Source: an uncultured virus (IMG/VR IMGVR_UViG_3300031813_000007) (taxonomy: Duplodnaviria > Heunggongvirae > Uroviricota > Caudoviricetes). From it: 55,345 nt of DNA. Shown piece after piece: positions 27,259-35,800 of the stretch. Numbering within the stretch: position 1 is the first letter of the stretch; each line of letters opens with the position of its first letter. Location of the stretch: positions 62,001-117,345 of the IMG/VR virus record IMGVR_UViG_3300031813_000007; one strand, 5' to 3'. The notes beneath the pieces were generated by a model. The model was given only the letters and a program-made list of their open reading frames with translations, was not told the DNA's origin and did not search any database. A program made the position numbers and the translations under genes.

Positions 27259-28383
27259 TTAGTCTCTATCAAGTCCCACATACTCATGAGAAAAGCAAAC
27301 ACGCTTGATGTGCTTATCTTTATGGTTCTTTTCCTTGACGGCGCGGTTGGTTATATAATCTTTTCTACCCTTACCGTTCTTTGACGTTCCTCTCCACCGT
27401 GGGGAAGAGTTTCTGTATTCACCCAAACGTGGATGTGCAGTTTTAGAAAAAAACCTACAACCTCTTGCTAAGAAGATTTCACCAATCGCATCACTTAAAC
27501 GGGTTCCAAATCCAAGACCCTGATACTCTGGTAGAATAACGGTTCTATGACCTCTCCATGCATTCTTGAAGTTGCCATTTGGAAATGGAAGAGCAGCAGA
27601 AAATCCTACTATTTCACCATCCCAAATAGCTAACCAGCATTGTGCAGTTCTATTAAGGTTTCCGTCAAGATAGTGATGGTGGCGGAAGATTGGCCAAACT
27701 TCGGTTGAACAAGGTATGATTTCCAGTTTGATTTCAGGTCTTGGCCGAAGTGACCCCCTTCCGGTCATCTGACCGGTCATAGTGTCATATACCCAATCGG
27801 GCTGTAACCATTCAATCACATCATAATGGCATGTTGCGAGAACAATGTTCTTTAGGTTATGTTTGTCAACATATCTACGAATGGCAACAGAACACGATTT
27901 AGCTACATTCCTGTCAATAACAGATGTGAACTCATCAAATACCATACCTGACACCAATGACCTTGCGAGATTAGCGCGAAACTGTTCTCCATTTGAAAGA
28001 ACATGATATGGCCTGAGCCAAGATGGAATGGTGTTTAATCCCACAGCAGACAGTCGTTCTGCAGCTTGATCTGCCGATTCAAAGTGTGAGCAGATTGCTT
28101 TAGTTTCATCCCATTCAGGTTGTTCAGTAGAACCAAACGATTTCAGCAGAGATGACTTACCTGATCCAGATGGACCAACAATCAACCCGATACCATAATC
28201 TTCCGGAATACTTGGAACATTTGGAACAGTAAATGTGGTAGTCCCGTTGAACTCATAGTCAAACATAGATGATACTGCTTTAGTGATATCATCTTGAAAT
28301 ACAGATACCGATATATCTCTACTCGGTATCTTATCGTTCTCAAACTCAAATAGAGATGCTATACTATCGTGCATATTATTCAT
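27259..28383 (-). CDS. ABC-type ATPase fused to GNAT acetyltransferase
   Basis: GPSGSGKS, LSNGEQFR signature, FDEFTS; C-terminal HHYL...RTVILPEYQGLGFG acetyl-CoA motif. Confidence 0.85.
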   Translation of the reverse strand: MNNMHDSIASLFEFENDKIPSRDISVSVFQDDITKAVSSMFDYEFNGTTTFTVPNVPSIPEDYGIGLIVGPSGSGKSSLLKSFGSTEQPEWDETKAICSHFESADQAAERLSAVGLNTIPSWLRPYHVLSNGEQFRANLARSLVSGMVFDEFTSVIDRNVAKSCSVAIRRYVDKHNLKNIVLATCHYDVIEWLQPDWVYDTMTGQMTGRGSLRPRPEIKLEIIPCSTEVWPIFRHHHYLDGNLNRTAQCWLAIWDGEIVGFSAALPFPNGNFKNAWRGHRTVILPEYQGLGFGTRLSDAIGEIFLARGCRFFSKTAHPRLGEYRNSSPRWRGTSKNGKGRKDYITNRAVKEKNHKDKHIKRVCFSHEYVGLDRD

Positions 28384-28726
28384 CTGCTATTTCAAACAGG
28401 TCCCCATATGGGTTCTGTTCTTTTTCGTATTGCTCTTTTGCATTCTGAATACGTGCTTGTGAAATCTTGATATAATCTGGATCAAGATCAATGCCAATAT
28501 AGTTGAAGCCTTCAAGCATCGCAGCCTTACCTGTTGAACCAGAACCATTGAATGGATCAAGAACAGTCCCACCCTTTGGTGTTACTAAACGACACAGATA
28601 CTTCATCAAGTCAGTTGGTTTTACCGCCTACGTGGGGTGAGTATTTAAATACTCACCCCGAACCTCCTTTACATATATCTTCAACTCATTTGGTAGCGAG
28701 TCGAAGTCTTTCTTTGATAATTCCAT
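28376..28726 (-). CDS. DNA methyltransferase C-terminal (SAM-binding) fragment with in-frame TAG at 28630-28628
   Basis: Frame reads MELSKKDFDSLPNELKIYVKEVRGEYLNTHPT*AVKPTDLMKYLCRLVTPKGGTVLDPFNGSGSTG...GIDLD. Confidence 0.75.
28634..28659. repeat. perfect 26-bp palindrome
   Basis: GGGGTGAGTATTTAAATACTCACCCC. Confidence 0.95.
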
Positions 28727-29459
28727 TGTTATTTTTCATTTCCTCTATGACTTCATGCTCCCAGAATCTCAAAACAGTAAATCCACATTTCCTCAAATAT
28801 GCATCTTGTGATTTGTCTAAGTTCATTCTTTTTTGCTGCCTAAGGTCCGGAATTCCATTTTTCAATTTTGATGGATGTCCGTGCCAGTAATCACCATCCC
28901 ATTGAATGATGATTTTTTTATCCGGTATTAGAACGTCAACTGATATTTTGTCTGCTATTAGTATTTGTTCTTCAAATATAATATCCTCGTTCAATAATAT
29001 CTGCCTTCCGAGTAACTCTAATTTGTTTGGTCCTTTTTTTCTATTCTGTGCCATGTTTCCATTAGTAGATGCTCTCCTGATCCATTCTTCATCTGTATTT
29101 CTGCATTCTATGGTGCAGTAAGTTGGGTTATTATCTTTCAGTCGGCTTTTACTCCAATAGAAAGTATTATGACACATTTTACATTCAAATGCAACTTTAT
29201 TTTTTGCCTGAAAATCATTAGCACACTTATGACTGCAGAAATGATTAGCATGTGCCTCTAATGTCGCCAGACTCCTATACACTTGATTACCACACATAGC
29301 ACATTCAACGATTCGTCCAGTTTTTCTTTGTGGTTTAGGGCTGGTCCTGCTACAATATGCACTGCAATATTGCCTATTTGCTGGCATATCTGCAGTATGA
29401 GGTTTTCCGCATCCCTTACATATTATCGTTCTCGTTTTATATTTGTTTTTTCTGTACAT
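28686..29459 (-). mobile_element. zinc-finger plus Vsr/DUF559-like endonuclease inserted in the methyltransferase gene
   Basis: Three CxxC...(Y/F)C(S/T)xxC repeats; PNKLE, FEEQ, VDVL, QWDGDYWH, D...GFTVLRFWEHE; TATAAATA at 29487-29494 and GGAG SD. Confidence 0.85.
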
Positions 29460-31992
29460 TTAATACTCCATTACTTTCGTTTGAAGTATTTATATGTTTT
29501 TTGATTTTTTCAATAATATCTGGTGGCGTATTTTCATCAATCAGATAACGCGAAACTTTATCCAATCCGCTGTTACGATCTGATCTGCTGGCTTTAGCAG
29601 CATAATACATTCTCTGAACATTCTCATAATCCAGTGTGTCTTCCTCTGTGAATTCACAAGACTTAAAAAATCTTGCTGCTGATCCTGTGTCGCCTCGTTT
29701 CGCTGATGGAACTCTTTGATATTCACCATAACAGTTGGTATTATCATCTCCTGTATGTGATGGTTCTGTTCCCTTTACATCGCCTTGTTGACCCTTACTT
29801 TCAGGAAACAATGCGACAACTTCATCACTGCCATCATGAATGATATTAGCGGGGAATCTTCCTTTTAGTTCTGGTCGGTCAAACTCAGTTCTAGGTCTAT
29901 GATCAGATTTTCTATAGTAACAGTTTGTGCAAATATCTTGATCTTCTTCTACTGGATTTAGTGTATCAGGAGCATAATCATCGCATCCCATATATTCCGA
30001 AGAGCCAGCAAGTGATCCTGACTTCGCCGTGCATTTTCCTTGCGGCGTTGCACTTAGCTTATCCTCTTCCGACATATAATCAACCCGACAATCATCAATA
30101 TTGATTCCACCAGTTCCATGCTTTAGAACATTCTTCGCTACAGTCTTTTCAGATAGTGGCTTCCTAGCAACGCAAATAGGCTCCCACGCTGGCTTCAGTG
30201 CCGTGCCCCAGCCATCCCATTGTTTTGCTTCTTCTGTTGCTGGTGCAGTAACGTCCCAAGTTTCATAAACAGTTGTTCCACCAACAGTTGGCAATGCGGA
30301 TTTTCCACTAGTGCTTCTAGCTTTAATCTGCTGACCAATTACCCTTCGTTCAATATTATTATAAATGCCGGTCAATCTTTCAGAAGTTTCTTCATCCGGA
30401 TTGAGCACTTCCTTCATGCGTTTCCATTTTTCCTGTGGTGGCAACAAATTAACCCATGGGTCAAACTTTTTTCCATCTGCTGGTAGTGTTAGATAGTTAC
30501 TTGCTCTGAACCCACACTCAGTGTCAATCTGCTTTCGCGTTTTCCCACTTTTTTTAAATATATTAGTCAGGATATTCTTTAGTTCAATTACTTCTTCATC
30601 ATCGGCAGGATTTTCCATATGCTTATCAATAGCCTTACCGATGTTCATAGACTTAGGAAAGCCAGAGTTTCCAGTAGTGAATGCTTTACCATCCCTTACT
30701 GCGACGAATGCGCCAGTAGGAACCTTAACACACCAAATCTTACCTTCATATTCAATCGGAGTTACAGTTGCCAGAGTGGTTTTATGTCCTTTCCAGCCTC
30801 GTATAACTTGTGATCCGAGTTGTTGGCAAATAACATCAGATTCTCCGCCCGATTGTCCAATGGATCGTGGTTTATATGATGCACTACTTCCGTGCGAGTA
30901 AGCATTCTGTTTAAATGCTTCGCTACTATTAGACGGTGCTCCATGACATACCCGTCTCTCCTCGCCATAGGCAGGAAGTCCACTGGACAACGAACATACT
31001 TCGCTCCTTTGTAGTTTCCATGTGAGCGACGGTATGTTACTCCACCCTTCCAAGCAGGGTTGGTTTCTCCAGTCATGCGGTCCACCAAATCTTGTTCCGA
31101 CTTCTCGGACCAGTTGGCTCTCCCCTTGTGTGCGTGAGCTTTCCATTCTATTCCCCGCAAAACTCCGTTGCATGTTTTTGAACACACAGGAGTTTTCACT
31201 CGTTGTAAATGTTTTATATTTCTGTAGAACGTTATCCCACATACTTGACAAGTATGTTGTTGTTTTCCAATATGTTCGTTTATAGGTGGCGATCCAGTAT
31301 TGGAACGACCTATTGACTTGTTGGAACATTGTTTGCTGCAAGTTTTGTTTCTTATAGCCTGTTCTTTGGTATGAGTCTGATAAGGATTGTTGCAAACCAG
31401 ACAGGTTTTCCAAAAAGGGTATATTCTCTTGCGAACTAAGTTCTTCTGCAAAAGCGAATATTTCTCTTCCGCCTCGTTCAACAATGCAACGATGGTTTCG
31501 GCTGACGATTTGGTCTGTATGATCAGATTGTATTCTGTAAGCGGTATCCTTGATGTCATATTCATAAACTTCCTCAACTGGCATATAACTATATGTTTGA
31601 GTATATTTATCATAACACAAGACTAAATCGTTTGGTTTTATTGCTGTGTATGGTTTTATGCCGTTTGGCGTCACAATCTCTGTGTCATCAGATAGACAGC
31701 CATAGACCCACCCAATCTGATCGCGAATATCAAATCCAGCGTCTTCAATCGCTACCACCATTCTATGATATGTGCGAGTACCAGAGAATGCCAACAGGTG
31801 TCCGCCTGGCTTCAATACACGCATCACCTCTGACCACATCTCAACACTATATGCGATGCCAGAACTGTCCCACGACTTACCCATGAAACCAAGTTCATAT
31901 GGCGGATCAGTTACCACAGAATCAACAGAGTTTTCTTCCATGGTTTTTAATACGTCAACACAGTTGCCGTTATGTAATACAAAGCTACTCAT
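29437..31992 (-). CDS. N4/N6 DNA methyltransferase N-terminal part, intein-containing
   Basis: VTDPPY, RVLKPGG, DQIGWVYG|intein|SGFPKS, WDGWGTALKPAWEPI, GRFPAN, GSAARFF, YAAKAS. Confidence 0.9.
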   Translation of the reverse strand: MSSFVLHNGNCVDVLKTMEENSVDSVVTDPPYELGFMGKSWDSSGIAYSVEMWSEVMRVLKPGGHLLAFSGTRTYHRMVVAIEDAGFDIRDQIGWVYGCLSDDTEIVTPNGIKPYTAIKPNDLVLCYDKYTQTYSYMPVEEVYEYDIKDTAYRIQSDHTDQIVSRNHRCIVERGGREIFAFAEELSSQENIPFLENLSGLQQSLSDSYQRTGYKKQNLQQTMFQQVNRSFQYWIATYKRTYWKTTTYLSSMWDNVLQKYKTFTTSENSCVFKNMQRSFAGNRMESSRTQGESQLVREVGTRFGGPHDWRNQPCLEGWSNIPSLTWKLQRSEVCSLSSGLPAYGEERRVCHGAPSNSSEAFKQNAYSHGSSASYKPRSIGQSGGESDVICQQLGSQVIRGWKGHKTTLATVTPIEYEGKIWCVKVPTGAFVAVRDGKAFTTGNSGFPKSMNIGKAIDKHMENPADDEEVIELKNILTNIFKKSGKTRKQIDTECGFRASNYLTLPADGKKFDPWVNLLPPQEKWKRMKEVLNPDEETSERLTGIYNNIERRVIGQQIKARSTSGKSALPTVGGTTVYETWDVTAPATEEAKQWDGWGTALKPAWEPICVARKPLSEKTVAKNVLKHGTGGINIDDCRVDYMSEEDKLSATPQGKCTAKSGSLAGSSEYMGCDDYAPDTLNPVEEDQDICTNCYYRKSDHRPRTEFDRPELKGRFPANIIHDGSDEVVALFPESKGQQGDVKGTEPSHTGDDNTNCYGEYQRVPSAKRGDTGSAARFFKSCEFTEEDTLDYENVQRMYYAAKASRSDRNSGLDKVSRYLIDENTPPDIIEKIKKHINTSNESNGVLNVQKKQI
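30667..31698 (-). mobile_element. intein (344 aa, Cys99-Asn442)
   Basis: Block A CLSDDTEIVTPNG, block B VSRNHR, blocks F/G YEGKIWCVKVPTGAFVAVRDGKAFTTGN followed by Ser; removal restores WVYG-SGFPKS. Confidence 0.92.
30762..31565 (-). CDS. zinc-finger HNH endonuclease nested in an alternative frame inside the intein
   Basis: CLVC...CSKQC, CQVC...CSKTC, GETNPAWKGG, GYVMEHRLIV...EVVHHINHDPLDNRAENL; GAGG SD before ATG 31565; ATAAATA at 31604-31610; ORF is open from 31613. Confidence 0.85.
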   Translation of the reverse strand: MNMTSRIPLTEYNLIIQTKSSAETIVALLNEAEEKYSLLQKNLVRKRIYPFWKTCLVCNNPYQTHTKEQAIRNKTCSKQCSNKSIGRSNTGSPPINEHIGKQQHTCQVCGITFYRNIKHLQRVKTPVCSKTCNGVLRGIEWKAHAHKGRANWSEKSEQDLVDRMTGETNPAWKGGVTYRRSHGNYKGAKYVRCPVDFLPMARRDGYVMEHRLIVAKHLNRMLTRTEVVHHINHDPLDNRAENLMLFANNSDHKLYEAGKDIKPLWQL

Positions 31993-32046
31993 GAAATCAT
32001 CATTCCTTATAGATGGATGTAATATAGCGCAATATGGAGTTAATGT

Positions 32047-32520
32047 CTATTGTTTTGGGCAAACCGATGAGGTTGACATAAGATACCAGCCATCTTTGAA
32101 CTCACTGCTTATGCTAAAGCCCAACTTTGTATAAAAGTCAGGAATATCAGTGGATAAAACCACCTCTTGCCCTTTTGCCTTGCTAAAATATATAGCTTCT
32201 CTGGTTATTCGTTTTGCTATTCCTTGGCCTCTATGGGATTCGGCAACTGCAACCCACGATAGGGCAAAGAAATGTTGAATAGCTAACATGTTCAGTGCAG
32301 CGAAACCAACAAGCTCCTCGCCATCTTCTACGAGGATATAATACTTGGTTGCATTCTGCAGCGAAACCAAAAAGTCAATCTGTTCTAACTTGATCTTTTT
32401 CTGTTTCGGGTCTTGTATTAAAATAGCATCATCTACATGAAAGAATGGATAACATTGATACAGTAATCCAGTTACCTTTTCAATGTTATCCAGTTCTTCA
32501 ACTATTCTTAGTCGGATCAT
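32047..32520 (-). CDS. GNAT family acetyltransferase
   Basis: VAVAESHRGQGIAK, FYTKLGF. Confidence 0.85.
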   Translation of the reverse strand: MIRLRIVEELDNIEKVTGLLYQCYPFFHVDDAILIQDPKQKKIKLEQIDFLVSLQNATKYYILVEDGEELVGFAALNMLAIQHFFALSWVAVAESHRGQGIAKRITREAIYFSKAKGQEVVLSTDIPDFYTKLGFSISSEFKDGWYLMSTSSVCPKQ

Positions 32521-32831
32521 TCGCCGTAGCAAATGGTCTGACGAGTTACAAAGTTATTATACTGATCGTAAGTATCACGGACTTCACATGTGCCACGGAA
32601 ATGATCGTAGTAGCGATATGCAATAATCGTATGATACACTGGATAAGTAGGTGCAACTACTACCGTGTGTGGCTGAGTTGATTCAACGATGACACCACCG
32701 ATGATTCCCCCAATAACCAAAGGAGCAACCCATCTTCCTCCACCACCATGCCAGTGACCGGGGCGAGCGTCCGCCATTGCTGGTGCAGTTAGAAGTGCCA
32801 ATCCCGCTAATGCTGATACAAGTTTCTTCAT
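32517..32831 (-). CDS. small secreted/membrane Gly-rich protein
   Basis: Signal peptide, HWHGGGGRW, glycine-zipper IGGIIGG; TTGACA-17-TATATT upstream. Confidence 0.65.
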   Translation of the reverse strand: MKKLVSALAGLALLTAPAMADARPGHWHGGGGRWVAPLVIGGIIGGVIVESTQPHTVVVAPTYPVYHTIIAYRYYDHFRGTCEVRDTYDQYNNFVTRQTICYGE

Positions 32832-32891
32832 AGTTTTTCTCCTTACTTGCTAATATATTTACTTTTTGATCAAATGTCAAGAGTTAATGTG

Positions 32892-35800
32892 TTAAAGTTG
32901 CTCAAAACGCTCACGAAGCCATGCCCATTCGTAACTTAGCTTCAGCTTATCAAACTCACCGTTTACATCGTCATAGTATTCATCAGCGTCTAATGCACCC
33001 TTGATACTATATTCCGAGAACTCCCCTTGACCCTTGTTTAACCATGCTTCCAGCCTTTCTCGCGAAATGTCAGTATCATCAGCCTTTAGCTTCAACACTT
33101 CACGAAATGCCGTTCTCCACGTGGAGAATGGATCGGTATTGTACTGTGCAATACCTGATAGCAGTGGCACTACTTCATGTTCATCATCCAACGTAAAGTC
33201 AAGCCCATTTCCTACATTAGCTAATGTAAGTTTCTTATTGTAACAAATGAGGCCCTGGTGGCCGTATATCAAACCATTTACTGGATTTTTGGCATGGAAA
33301 ATATAATGCTTCGGAACCTGCATTCTATCTGGTTGCCAGTTGAAGTCAAACTTTAAACTGACTTTCAGCTTAGCAAATACAGTAAAGCACCATGGAGTGT
33401 CACTTGCCTCAACGGCGGCATGATACGCGGCTACACGACCATTTACACCATCAACTCTAACAACACGATTCTTCAAGTTTTTGGTTGCTTGAAGTAGATG
33501 TTCCCAGTTTTCTTCTGCACCAGTTTCACCATTGCTCAAATATACAATGTCCAGTGGCCTTGACATCGCAAGTTTAGGTGCACGTTTGATGTAAGGATAG
33601 TCATACAGTTCCTTCTTAACGTGATCCTTTACTTCCTTGGGAACAGTGATTCGGGTTGCGCCCGTGCTGGTGATAATGATATTCTTGTTCTCTGGTGCCC
33701 ACAAGCACATAGGCTCAACATCTTGAACATTGACGCTAGCATTATCTTCCGTAATGATGGTAGCATATGGAAAACCATCAACCTTTTTAATGGCATTAAC
33801 ATGCGTATCATCGCTTGTAACGATGATTGGCTCCGGAAGTCTATTGGTCTTGATGGTCCCATTGTAGTTTACCTTATGGTAATCTTCCAACACTTGCATA
33901 TCGTCAATGATTTCACGAGTCTTGTTTACGTCAATAAAAAATGTATCGCCAAACTTAAGCTTACCGCTCGGGAAGACATGAAGATGATCACGAGCAAATG
34001 GATCAACCGTATATGAGAAATCAAAGTTGGAATAATCACATACGCTACTGCATATCCAAAGATAATGCTCTTTCTTCTGATGCTGCCTAGAGATAATATT
34101 TCTCAACGTGTTAAGATAGCTTTCGTCATACGGAATAGTGGTTACATGTTTTCCGCTTGCTTTGCTTTTTAATAGTTCAACTACCTTTTCCGTTTCTTTA
34201 TTACCATGATCAATAACCACAATGTCATGGACACACTGTGTTGCAGTTGCACGAATGTTCTTGACAAAGTTGAGGTTACTTAGATGCTCAATGATCTTAA
34301 TCCACTTGGTATCTTCGCCAAATGTCTCACGGTTAACCAAGAATGTGCTACCCCAATGTGACCACTGAGTTCCGAACACATGGACCATTTTCATCTGCCA
34401 TGGGTTAGGATAATATTCAAAGTCAAAATTGGTGTAATCCAGTTCTGAGTTTAGTACCCAAAACAGATCGGTAGTAGATCGGTTGGAACACCGATTTATA
34501 GTATCAACCCAAGAGTTAAGATAACGTGTCTTTTGTATGTTAGGGTACTTTGCCTTTAACTCGTCAAATCTTGCAAGAGACTCTGGGTTGCCCTTATCAA
34601 CATAGAACATATCAGACTTTTTGAATAACTTAAACAATGTTTTGTCATCAAGCTTTTCATCAACTACCCAATTGATTTCTCTGTGGCCCTTTAACCACAT
34701 ATTGGCATTGATCAAGTATGTCTGTGTCAACTCACTGTCAGATGATCCAAATGCATGAACATACTCTGCTTGTTCAATGGTCGGTCTCCATGAGAAATCA
34801 AAATCAGTGTAATCAAGATCAGAATTTAGTGCCCAAAAAATCTCACCATGGTGTTCTTCAACAAGATCACTCAGAGTGGTCTTAACGTAATACCGAGGGT
34901 AATCAGAAACCACATTCTCATCAATACTAAGCCATTCCATTTTAACGATTTCACCGTTTGTATTTGGCGAAACATATCGTGGACCATCTTCTGGATTTTC
35001 AATGGTTCCAAACTGATAGATATATGGAGGAGACAACTCATCAGGATGCCATGAAAAGTCAAACGTGTCAACATTTATTCCATCAGGAATGACCCAGTTT
35101 TCTTTTGATGGAAGACGCATTGCCGTTGGATTCCCAACATAAAAGTTATCTGTTGCGCCCGGAACAATATACATTGGACCACCGGTTTTCTGATGCTGAG
35201 TACCGAAGATGTAGATATATGGATCATTGGTATCATCAGGATGCCATGAATAATCAAAATCTCCGATTACTGTTGGATCGGTAATGGTCCATTTAGACTT
35301 GTCTGGTTTACGAATGGCTTTAATGATACGAGTATCAATATACTTTAACGGAGAACTTTCTGTTGCACCCGGAGCAATATATCTTGGACCGCCTGTCTTT
35401 TGCCACTGAGTTCCGAACTGATAGATATATGGCTGATCGTCCAAATATGGATGCCAAGAGAAATCAAATGCATCAACATCAATCTCATCGGGATTGTATT
35501 CCCAGTTGTCTCTATTAGGAAGCACTTTGGCAGTTTGACATTCTTCATACTTGACTGCGACACCACCCGGAACAGTATATGTAGGACCACCAGTCAATGC
35601 CCACTGTGTAGGGAACTGATAGATATAGGGTGGTGCAGTATCATCAGGATGCCAAGAAAAGTCAAAACCTTCCATGTCCACATTATCCGGAATGGTCCAG
35701 TTTTTCATGCTTGGATGACGAATGGCTTTCACATCATCAACATATTTTACTTCAGTGGCATTAGGCATTACATAACGTGGACCGCCTGTCTTCTGCCACT

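Noticed and set aside
28628..28630. Genome-wide TAG reassignment
   Set aside because: TAG ends normal genes (6886, 32047, 40777), other conserved genes are not broken by TAG, and readthrough would add two residues inside HPTVKP
28630..29500. Group I intron around the Vsr-like endonuclease
   Set aside because: The ORFs overlap on both sides, leaving no non-coding room for a ribozyme core, and NTHPT lies downstream of the nuclease
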